32,000 bases of DNA from the NCBI RefSeq assembly GCF_001457615.1, contig NZ_LN831024.1, positions 1,830,001 through 1,862,000 on the forward strand. Reading direction: 5' to 3'. The stretch comes from Pseudomonas aeruginosa. GTDB lineage: Bacteria; Pseudomonadota; Gammaproteobacteria; Pseudomonadales; Pseudomonadaceae. The first letter of the stretch is position 1. Each line of letters starts with the position of its first letter. This document shows, one piece after another, positions 1-7,662 of the stretch. Below the pieces are notes generated by a model. The model did not search any database. It saw only the letters and a list, made by a program, of their open reading frames with translations, and was not told the origin of the DNA. A program made the translations under genes and the position numbers.

Positions 1-3000
1 AGGGCCCGCAACGCGGCCGGCTTGACCGGCTTGGACAGGTAGTCGAGGCCGGCGGCGTGGATCTCCGCCACCAGTTCCGGCCGCGCGTCGGCGCTGATCA
101 CCACGCCCGGCACCGGCTCGCCCAGGCGCGTGCGCAGCCAGGCCATCAATTGCGTACCGGTCTCGCCGTCGTCCAGGTGATAGTCGATCAACGCCAGTTG
201 CGGGCGCATCTCGCTGTCCAGCAGCGTGGCGCATTCCTCGCGGCTGCGCGCGGTCCAGACCTGGCAGCCCCAGCGGCTGAGCAGGCTGTTCATGCCGGCG
301 AGGATGCTGTCCTCGTTGTCCACGCAGAGCACCTGGGCGCCGTTCAGCGCCTGCGCCGGTTCGGCCTTGTGGCCGTTGGCCAGGGCCGGCGGCGCCTGCC
401 GCGCCAGCGGTACGCGGACGCTGAAGACGCTGCCCTTGCCCGGCCAGGAACGTACTTCCAGCGGATGGCCGAGGACCTTGCAGAGCCGGTCGGCGATCGC
501 CAGGCCGAGACCGAGGCCTTTCTCCGCGCGGGTCTGGTGGCTGTCCAGGCGCTTGAACTCTTCGAAGATGACTTTCTGCTTGTCCGGTGGGATGCCCGGC
601 CCCTGGTCCCAGACCTCCAGGCGCAGGTAGCCGTCCTCGCGGCGCACGCCGAGCAGCACGTGGCCCTTGGCGTAGCGGAAAGCGTTGGTCAGGAAGTTCT
701 GCAGGATGCGCCGCAGCAGCTTGATGTCGCTGTCCACCCGCAGCTGACTGCCGCGCAGGCGGAAATGCAGGCCCTGTTCCTGGGCCAGCGCCTTGAACTC
801 GACGCCGAGGGCATCGTAGAGGTTGTTCAGCGGGAACGGGTTGCGTTCGGCGCTGACCCGGCCGCTTTCCAGGCGCGAGATGTCCAGCAGGTCGGTGATC
901 AGGTCCTCGGCGGAACGCAGCGACGAGTCGAGGTGCTGCACCAGGTCGCGGACCTCGCCGGGCAGCGCGTCCTGGTGGGCGAGGGCGGCGGAGAACAGCC
1001 GCGCGGCGTTCAGCGGCTGCATCAGGTCGTGGCTGACGGCGGCGAGGAAGCGGGTCTTCGACTGGTTGGCGGCCTCGGCGTTGCTCTTCGCCTCGCTGAG
1101 TTCCTGGTTCAACTGCGAAAGTTCCTGGGTACGCTCCTGGACCCGCTGTTCCAGCGACTCGTTGGCGCCCTTGAGGCCCTGTTCGGCCTCGCGGTAGGCG
1201 GTGATATCGGTGAAGCTCATGACGAAGCCGCCGCCGGGCATCGGGTTGCCGATCAGCTCGATGACCCGGCCGTTGGGGAACAGCCGCTCGGAGGTGTGCG
1301 GAGTGCCCTGGCGCATCCAGTACAGGCGCTTGGCCACGTGCATGTCCGGATCGCCGGGCCCGCACAGGCCGCGATCGGCGTTGTAGCGGATGATGTCGGC
1401 GATCGGCCGGCCGACGTAGATCAGCCCGTCCGGGTACTCGAACAGCTCCAGGTAGCGGTGGTTCCAGGCCACCAGGCGCAGCGACTGGTCGACCACGCTG
1501 ATGCCCTGGGTGATGTTCTCGATCGCGCCCTGCAGCAGGGCGCGGTTGAATTGCAGCACCTCGGAGGCTTCGTCGGCGATCCGCACCACGTCCTCCACCT
1601 GCATCTCGCGCCCTTCGATGGCGGCCTTCACCACCGCCCGCGCCGAGGACGCGCCGAGGACCCCGGCGAGCAGGCGCTCGGTGTGCGCGATCCACTCGTT
1701 GTTGGCGGTCTGGTTCGGGGTGAAGCCCTTGCCCTGGCGGTAGGCGAAGCGGATGAAGCTTTGCCGCGCGCGTTCCTCGCCGACGAAACGCGCGGCGAGC
1801 ATCAGCAGGTCTTCCACCTGCACCGCGAGCATGAAGCGCGAGTTCTGCCGCTGGGAGATCTCCTGGCCGATGAAGCGGCTGGCCTGCCAGTGCTCGGACA
1901 CGCGGGTGCGCGAGAGCACCGAGACCAGGCCGAACAGGGCGAAGTTGCCGACCAGCGAGATCAGCACGCCCTGGGTCAGCGGCTCGATCGGCAGGCCGAA
2001 GGGATTGCTTGCCAGCCAGGTCAGGCCGGGGATGCGCTCCAGCGGCCAGCCGAGGCCCTTGGCCACCACCGGCAGGACCAGCGTATAGGCCCACAGCAGC
2101 GAGCCGGCGGCGAGGCCGGCGAAGACCCCGCGGCGGTTGGCCTGTTTCCAGTACAGCGCGCCGATCATCGCCGGGCCGAGCTGGGCGATGGCGGCGAAGG
2201 CGATCTGGCCGATGGTCGCCAGGCTGGCGCTGGAGCCGAGCAGGCGGTAGGCCACGTAGGCGAGCAGCAGGATCACCGCGATGCTCACCCGGCGTACGGT
2301 CAGCAGCCAGTGACGGAAGGCCTCGAAGGGCCGTTCGGTGTCCTTTTCCCGGCGTCGCAGCAGCCACGGCAGGAGCATGTCGTTGGAGACCATGGTCGAC
2401 AGCGCGACGCTGGCGACGATGACCATTCCGGTGGCGGCCGAGGCGCCGCCAATGAATGCCAGCAGGGCCAGCGCCGGGTGCGCCTCGGCCAGCGGCAGGC
2501 TGATGACGAAGGAGTCCGGCATTACCCCGGCGGGCAGGTGCAATTGGCCGGCGAGGGCGATCGGCACCACGAACAACGCGGCCAGCACCAGGTAGATGGG
2601 GAACACCCAGCGCGCCAGGTTGAGGTCGCGCGGCTCGATGTTCTCCACCACGGTGACGTGGAATTGCCGCGGCAGGCACATGATCGCGGTCATCGCCACG
2701 CCGGTCTGCAGCAGCATCGCCGGCCAGTGCACGGTCTCTTCCCAGTAGTCGGCCAACTGCGGCGCGGCGCGGGCCTGGGAGAAGAGATCGGCGAAGCCGT
2801 CGTAGAGGCCGAAGGTGACGAAGATGCCCACGGCGAGGAAGGCGGTGAGCTTGACCAGCGACTCGAAGGCGATGGCCAGGACCATGCCGCGGTGGTGTTC
2901 GGTGACATCCAGGCTGCGGGTACCGAAGACGATGGTGAACAGCGCCAGCACCAGCGACACGATCAGCGCCGTGTCCTGGGCGCGGGTACCGGTGGAGTCG

Positions 3001-3452
3001 GCGCCGGAGCCGATCAGCAGGTTCACCCCGAGGACGATACCTTTCAGTTGCAGGGCGATGTAGGGCAGCACGCCGACCATGCAGATCAGCGCCACCACCA
3101 CCGCCAGTGCCTGCGACTTGCCGTAGCGGGCGGCGATGAAGTCGGCGATGGAGGTGATGTTCTCCTGCTTGCTGATCATGATCATCTTCTGCAGCACCCA
3201 GGGCGCGAACAGCATCAGCAACACCGGTCCGAGGTAGATCGGCAGGAACGACCAGAGCTGGTCGGTGGCCTGGCCGACCGCGCCGAAGAAGGTCCAGCTG
3301 GTGCAGTACACTGCCAGGGAGAGGCTGTAGACCCAGGCGCGCAGGCGGGGTGAGAGCGGGGTGCGGCGACGGTCGCCATAGAAGGCGATGGCGAACAGGA
3401 TGGCCATGTAGACCAGGGCGACCACGGCGATCAGCCCGATGGACAGCGACAT
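1..3452 (-). CDS. mxtR: Hybrid sensor histidine kinase/response regulator with an N-terminal sodium:solute symporter (SSF) membrane domain (CrbS/MxtR type). The 3' end runs off the window start.
   Basis: Absent from the ORF track because there is no stop inside the window. Reading the reverse complement from ATG 3452..3450 (GGAG 6 nt upstream) gives MSLSIGLIAVVALVYMAILFAIAFYGDRRR..., a long multi-TM SSF-like region. The H-box FLAAVSHDLMQPLN lies near 1020-1060. The receiver-domain end ...DYLSKPVKPAALRAL lies at the window edge. The + ORF 57..3353 is its antisense shadow. The symbol is from memory of the P. aeruginosa orphan kinase. Confidence 0.9.
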   Translation of the reverse strand, partial: MSLSIGLIAVVALVYMAILFAIAFYGDRRRTPLSPRLRAWVYSLSLAVYCTSWTFFGAVGQATDQLWSFLPIYLGPVLLMLFAPWVLQKMIMISKQENITSIADFIAARYGKSQALAVVVALICMVGVLPYIALQLKGIVLGVNLLIGSGADSTGTRAQDTALIVSLVLALFTIVFGTRSLDVTEHHRGMVLAIAFESLVKLTAFLAVGIFVTFGLYDGFADLFSQARAAPQLADYWEETVHWPAMLLQTGVAMTAIMCLPRQFHVTVVENIEPRDLNLARWVFPIYLVLAALFVVPIALAGQLHLPAGVMPDSFVISLPLAEAHPALALLAFIGGASAATGMVIVASVALSTMVSNDMLLPWLLRRREKDTERPFEAFRHWLLTVRRVSIAVILLLAYVAYRLLGSSASLATIGQIAFAAIAQLGPAMIGALYWKQANRRGVFAGLAAGSLLWAYTLVLPVVAKGLGWPLERIPGLTWLASNPFGLPIEPLTQGVLISLVGNFALFGLVSVLSRTRVSEHWQASRFIGQEISQRQNSRFMLAVQVEDLLMLAARFVGEERARQSFIRFAYRQGKGFTPNQTANNEWIAHTERLLAGVLGASSARAVVKAAIEGREMQVEDVVRIADEASEVLQFNRALLQGAIENITQGISVVDQSLRLVAWNHRYLELFEYPDGLIYVGRPIADIIRYNADRGLCGPGDPDMHVAKRLYWMRQGTPHTSERLFPNGRVIELIGNPMPGGGFVMSFTDITAYREAEQGLKGANESLEQRVQERTQELSQLNQELSEAKSNAEAANQSKTRFLAAVSHDLMQPLNAARLFSAALAHQDALPGEVRDLVQHLDSSLRSAEDLITDLLDISRLESGRVSAERNPFPLNNLYDALGVEFKALAQEQGLHFRLRGSQLRVDSDIKLLRRILQNFLTNAFRYAKGHVLLGVRREDGYLRLEVWDQGPGIPPDKQKVIFEEFKRLDSHQTRAEKGLGLGLAIADRLCKVLGHPLEVRSWPGKGSVFSVRVPLARQAPPALANGHKAEPAQALNGAQVLCVDNEDSILAGMNSLLSRWGCQVWTARSREECATLLDSEMRPQLALIDYHLDDGETGTQLMAWLRTRLGEPVPGVVISADARPELVAEIHAAGLDYLSKPVKPAALRA

Positions 3453-3735
3453 GCGAACTCCGATGATGTCCCCGCGTGAAGCTGGCGTGAGGCGGGGGTC
3501 TTGCTTTCGCGCCAGTTTCGCACTTGTCGGCCCGCGCGTCAGGCCGCCTGCGACCAAGGTCGCACGCATGCTTGAGCCGGACGCGCGGAGTTGGTAGCGT
3601 GCCGGGCTGCGTGAGCGCGGACGGCCCCGGCGGCCGGCTGTCCGTTCATCGTAGCCGGTTTCGGCTGCGGCACTAAACGCGGCCGCTACGCTCTGATGGG
3701 AGCGGAGTTTTGCGTCGATGTCGAGGAGGGCGCCC

Positions 3736-4305
3736 ATGTTCAAGCCGCTACCGATCACCCTGCAGCGCGGAGCCTTGCGTCTCGAGCCGCTGGTGGAAGC
3801 GGACATTCCCGAGCTGGTGAGCCTCGCCGAAGCCAACCGCGAGGCGCTGCAGTACATGGACGGACCGACGCGGCCGGACTGGTACCGCCAGAGCCTCGCC
3901 GAGCAGCGCGAGGGCAGGGCGTTGCCGCTCGCCGTCCGCCTCGGTGTGCAACTGGTCGGGACCACGCGCTTCGCCGAGTTCCTTCCCGCCTTGCCGGCCT
4001 GCGAGATCGGCTGGACCTGGCTCGACCAGGCCCAGCACGGCAGCGGCCTGAACCGCATGATCAAGTACCTGATGCTCAAGCATGCCTTCGACAACCTGCG
4101 CATAGTCCGCGTGCAGCTCAGCACGGCGGCGAGCAACCTGCGCGCCCAGGGCGCCATCGACAAGCTCGGCGCGCAGCGCGAGGGCGTGCTGCGCAACCAC
4201 CGGCGGCTGGCCGGCGGGCGGCTAGACGACACCTTCGTCTACAGCATCACCGACCACGAATGGCCGCAGGTCAAGGCGGCGCTGGAAGCCAGCTTCACCG
4301 GCTGA
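3736..4305 (+). CDS. GNAT family N-acetyltransferase (RimJ/RimL-like)
   Basis: ORF 3718..4305. I prefer ATG 3736 (MFKPLPITLQRGALRLEPL...) because GAGGAGGG sits 5-6 nt upstream. The LRLEPL...E.GW.L......G.G....K..L..AF pattern is typical of the Acetyltransf_3 family. GC3 is high. Confidence 0.85.
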   Translation: MFKPLPITLQRGALRLEPLVEADIPELVSLAEANREALQYMDGPTRPDWYRQSLAEQREGRALPLAVRLGVQLVGTTRFAEFLPALPACEIGWTWLDQAQHGSGLNRMIKYLMLKHAFDNLRIVRVQLSTAASNLRAQGAIDKLGAQREGVLRNHRRLAGGRLDDTFVYSITDHEWPQVKAALEASFTG

Positions 4306-4371
4306 AGCCGGTTCCGTCGCTCCTGCGGTATGCTGGGCGGCCCGTCCGGACGGGCGAACGAGGAGACGGCA

Positions 4372-5226
4372 GTGCCGGACGAGACGAGCGGAGAACACAC
4401 GCATTTCTGGCGCGCCGCCGAACTGGGCGGCGTCGAACTGCTGCACGCGCGCTATGTGGAGCAGCGCTTCGCGCCGCACGTGCACAGCAGCTTCGCCCTA
4501 GTCATCATCGAGCAGGGCGCGCAGCGCTTCCGCCATCGTGGCGGCGAGCACCTAGCCCCGCTGGGCAGCATGGTGCTGATCAACCCCGACGAAGTGCACA
4601 CCGGCTCCAAGGCCCATGATGCCGGTTGGCTCTATCGCGGCTACTACCCGGAAATGGAACAGATCGACGGGATTCTCGACGAGCTGGAAATCCATCATGG
4701 CGGCGTGCCGCGTTTCGCCGACAGCGTGATCCACGACCAGCCCCTGGCACGCGCCTTCGTCCACTTGCACCGCCTGCTGGCCGAGCATGCCGGCAGCCTG
4801 GAAACCCAGACCCGCTGGCGCGAGACGATGCTCGCCCTGTTCCGTCGCCACGCCCGCCTGCCAGAAGCGCCGAAGGCCGGGCAGGAGCCGTTGGCGGTGG
4901 CCCGCGCCCGCGAACTGCTGGCGGCGCGGTTGCTCGATCCGCCTTCTCTGGAGGAACTGGCGGCGGCGGTCAATCTGTCCCCGTTCCATTTTGCCCGGGT
5001 CTTCCGTCGCGCCACCGGCATGCCGCCCCACGCCTGGCTCAGACAGCGCCGCCTGGAGCAGGCCAGGGCACTGCTCAAGAGCGGCCGGGCGCCGCTGGAG
5101 GTGGCCCTGGAGCTGGGCTTCGCCGACCAGAGCCACCTCGGTCGCCAGTTCAAGCAGGCCTACGGGGTGGCACCGGGTGAATACCGCTCGGCCTGCGCGC
5201 GCTCGTCCTTGACGACATACGAATAA
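4372..5226 (+). CDS. AraC family transcriptional regulator (cupin-like N-terminal sensor domain plus C-terminal double HTH)
   Basis: ORF 4330..5226. The C-terminus LSPFHFARVFRRATGMPPHAWLRQRRLEQARALLKSG...LELGFADQSHLGRQFKQAYGVAPGEYR is a canonical AraC HTH. GTG 4372 has GAGGAG 6 nt upstream; ATG 4330 has no SD and remains an alternative start. Confidence 0.9.
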   Translation: MPDETSGEHTHFWRAAELGGVELLHARYVEQRFAPHVHSSFALVIIEQGAQRFRHRGGEHLAPLGSMVLINPDEVHTGSKAHDAGWLYRGYYPEMEQIDGILDELEIHHGGVPRFADSVIHDQPLARAFVHLHRLLAEHAGSLETQTRWRETMLALFRRHARLPEAPKAGQEPLAVARARELLAARLLDPPSLEELAAAVNLSPFHFARVFRRATGMPPHAWLRQRRLEQARALLKSGRAPLEVALELGFADQSHLGRQFKQAYGVAPGEYRSACARSSLTTYE

Positions 5227-5235
5227 GTCAAGCTC

Positions 5236-5284
5236 ACATTTGCAAATCATTTGTATTTACGTTCTTTACGATTTGCCGTAATTT
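5236..5284 (+). promoter_or_regulatory. Candidate promoter/operator of the TonB-dependent receptor gene: AT-rich palindrome ATTTGCAAAT flanked by CATTTG repeats, then -35 TTTACG, a 17-nt spacer and -10 TAATTT
   Basis: The perfect 10-bp palindrome at 5238..5247 sits in the only AT-rich patch of this region. TTTACG (5256..5261) and TAATTT (5279..5284) are spaced 17 nt apart. The best match to the 19-bp Fur box consensus is only about 9/19, so Fur control is not established. Confidence 0.35.
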
Positions 5285-5322
5285 TGCGCCCCACTTTTTC
5301 CTGCGTCCCTGGGGGAGCCTCG

Positions 5323-7488
5323 ATGTCGTCCGTGAGTTCGTTGTCGCGCCTGGCCGTCGCCATCGCGCTGGGTGTGTCCATGCAGGCGGCGCAGGCCGAA
5401 GAGGAAGCCAAGGAGCTGGGCACGGTCACCGTGGTCGGCGACTGGCTGGGCGAAGCCGACCAGGCGGTGGTGCAGAACCATCCCGGCGCGCGCAGCGTGG
5501 TGCGTCGTCGGGAAATGCTCGAGAGCGGTGCGCAGAACGTCCGCGACGTGCTGCGCAAGGTGCCCGGCGTGCAAGTGCAGGACAACAACGGTACCGGCGG
5601 CAGCGACATCTCCCTGAACGTCGGGGTGCGTGGCCTGACTTCACGCCTGTCGCCGCGCTCGACGGTGATGATCGACGGCGTGCCGGCGGCGGTGGCGCCC
5701 TACGGCCAGCCGCAGCTGTCGATGATGCCGCTGTCCATCGGCAACCTGGAGAGCATCGACGTCGTGCGCGGCGCCGGCTCGGTGCGCTACGGCCCGCAGA
5801 ACGTCGGCGGGGTGATCAACTTCGTGACCCGGGCGATTCCGGAGAAGTTCTCCGGCGAAATCGGCACCACCATCGAGCATGCCGGCCACGGCGGCTGGAA
5901 GAAGCTCAACCAGGCGTTCCTCGGCGGGACCGCCGACAACGGCCTGGGCGTGGCGCTGCTGTATTCCGGGGTGAAGGGCGCCGACTACCGCGACGGCAAC
6001 AACGACAACGATATCGACGACGTGCTGCTCAAGACCCATTGGCAGCTCACCGACAGCGACCAGTTGGCGGCCAACTTCCACTACTACGACGCCTACGCCG
6101 ATATGCCAGGCGGCCTGACCCAGGCGCAGTACGACGACGATCCCTTCCAGTCGGTACGCGACTGGGACAATTTCCGTGGTCGGCGCAAGGACTTCTCGCT
6201 GAAGTACACCCGCCAGGTCGACGACCTCACCCAGTTCGAGGTGCTCACCTACTACAGCGACAGTTTCCGCGGCAGCAGCATCGCCGCGCGCAACCTCAGG
6301 ACCATCACCTCGTACCCGCGCGACTACCATGTGTTCGCGGTGGAGCCGCGGGTCTCGCGGATCTTCTTCGCCGGCCCGACCACCCAGGAGGTCGGCATCG
6401 GCTACCGCTACCTGAAGGAAGCGATGAACGAGCGCGCCAGCCAGCTGGCCCTGGTCGACAATGTGCCGACCGTGCGTCCCGGCTCGGACGGCCATACCTA
6501 CCAGGACCGTACCGGCGGCACCGAGGCCAGCGCCTTCTACATCGACGACAAGATCGATGTTGGCAACTGGACCATCACCCCCGGCATCCGCTTCGAGAAG
6601 ATCGACAGCGACTGGCGCGACCGCCCGGTGCTCGGCCTGAACGGCAAGCCGGTGCAGGAGAAGAAGCGCAGCAAGGACTACAACGAACCGCTGCCGGCGC
6701 TGAGCCTGATGTATCACTTGAGCGACGAGTGGAAGCTGTTCGCCAACTACTCCGAATCGTTCGGCAGCCTGCAGTACTTCCAGCTCGGCCAGGGCGGCAG
6801 CGGCAACGATACCGCCGCCGGCCTGGAGCCGGAGAAGGCCAAGACCTACGAACTGGGCACGCGCTACGACAACGGCAGCTGGGGCGGCGAGATCACGCTG
6901 TTCTACATCGACTTCGACGACGAGCTGCAGTACGTCAGCAACGACGTCGGCTGGACCAACCTCGGCGCCACCAAGCACCAGGGCATCGAGACTTCCGGCC
7001 ACTATGACTTCGCCGCTCTCGATCCGCGCCTGGACGGCCTGTCGGTCTACGGCAGCCTCACCTATACCCGCGCCACCTACGAAGGCGACATTCCCTCCTT
7101 CAAGGGGCGCGACCTGCCGCTCTACTCGCGCCAGGTGGCCACCGCCGGGGTGCGCTACGAGGTCGACCGCTGGACCTACAACCTCGACGCCTTCGCCCAG
7201 TCCATGCAGCGCGCGCCAGGGCTGAGCACCGACAGCCAGGGCAACTTCACCCACAACTACATCACCGAGCCCAGCGCCGACGGCCAGTACGGCGACATTC
7301 CCGGCTACGTGACCTGGAATGCCCGCGTCGGCTACGACTTCGGCCCGCAGGCGTCGAACCTGAAGCTCGGACTCGGGGTGAAGAACCTGTTCGACAAGCA
7401 GTATTTCACCCGCTCCAGCGACAACAATTCGGGAATCTACGTGGGTCAGCCGCGAACGCTGTTCATGCAGGCCAGCGTCGGTTTCTGA
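5323..7488 (+). CDS. TonB-dependent outer-membrane siderophore-type receptor
   Basis: ORF 5251..7488. I prefer ATG 5323 (MSSVSSLSRLAVAIALGVSMQAAQA/EEE, a signal peptide, with GGGGGAG upstream). It has a TonB-box-like ELGTVTVVG, a plug domain (GVQV..NGTGG...VRG), a beta-barrel, and the C-terminal ...RTLFMQASVGF with terminal Phe. Confidence 0.92.
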   Translation: MSSVSSLSRLAVAIALGVSMQAAQAEEEAKELGTVTVVGDWLGEADQAVVQNHPGARSVVRRREMLESGAQNVRDVLRKVPGVQVQDNNGTGGSDISLNVGVRGLTSRLSPRSTVMIDGVPAAVAPYGQPQLSMMPLSIGNLESIDVVRGAGSVRYGPQNVGGVINFVTRAIPEKFSGEIGTTIEHAGHGGWKKLNQAFLGGTADNGLGVALLYSGVKGADYRDGNNDNDIDDVLLKTHWQLTDSDQLAANFHYYDAYADMPGGLTQAQYDDDPFQSVRDWDNFRGRRKDFSLKYTRQVDDLTQFEVLTYYSDSFRGSSIAARNLRTITSYPRDYHVFAVEPRVSRIFFAGPTTQEVGIGYRYLKEAMNERASQLALVDNVPTVRPGSDGHTYQDRTGGTEASAFYIDDKIDVGNWTITPGIRFEKIDSDWRDRPVLGLNGKPVQEKKRSKDYNEPLPALSLMYHLSDEWKLFANYSESFGSLQYFQLGQGGSGNDTAAGLEPEKAKTYELGTRYDNGSWGGEITLFYIDFDDELQYVSNDVGWTNLGATKHQGIETSGHYDFAALDPRLDGLSVYGSLTYTRATYEGDIPSFKGRDLPLYSRQVATAGVRYEVDRWTYNLDAFAQSMQRAPGLSTDSQGNFTHNYITEPSADGQYGDIPGYVTWNARVGYDFGPQASNLKLGLGVKNLFDKQYFTRSSDNNSGIYVGQPRTLFMQASVGF

Positions 7489-7521
7489 ATATTCGGATGC
7501 GACTTGGCGCATCGTCCGACG

Positions 7522-7552
7522 ACAGGCGTCCTGCGGTAACGCGGACGCCTGT
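7522..7552 (+). terminator. Hairpin downstream of the receptor gene (10-bp stem ACAGGCGTCC/GGACGCCTGT, 11-nt loop)
   Basis: Seen directly in the sequence 34 nt after the stop codon. It is followed by TCTAT only, a weak U-tract. Confidence 0.45.
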
Positions 7553-7662
7553 TCTATGATGGGCGCGGAATTTCCATCGGAACGCTGTGGCCTGATCCGC
7601 GGTCCATGCAGTCCAATCGATGACGGGCTTCCTTTCGGCGGCCACGCAAGGTAACAAGGACG

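Noticed and set aside
57-3353. 1098-aa ORF on the + strand, the longest in the track
   Set aside because: It lies exactly antisense to the SSF-fused hybrid kinase gene. Its translation is the Arg/Ala/Gly/His/Gln-rich low-complexity product typical of shadow frames in high-GC DNA, whereas the minus-strand frame gives recognisable transporter, H-box and receiver motifs.
3480-3530. Sigma54-type promoter (TGGCGC-N5-CAAGA on the minus strand) upstream of the kinase gene
   Set aside because: The -12 element does not match TTGC(A/T). It is only a partial -24 resemblance.
5233-5256. Fur box upstream of the TonB-dependent receptor gene
   Set aside because: It is not called as a Fur box. My best hand alignment to GATAATGATAATCATTATC gives only about 9/19 matches. 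I keep it only as an AT-rich palindromic operator candidate.
7556-7654. Small 32-codon upstream ORF (MMGAEFPSERCGLIRGP...) ending 10 nt before the LplT-PlsC start
   Set aside because: GC3 is only about 60% against more than 80% in the surrounding genes. There is no SD and no recognisable leader-peptide logic, so I treat it as non-coding.
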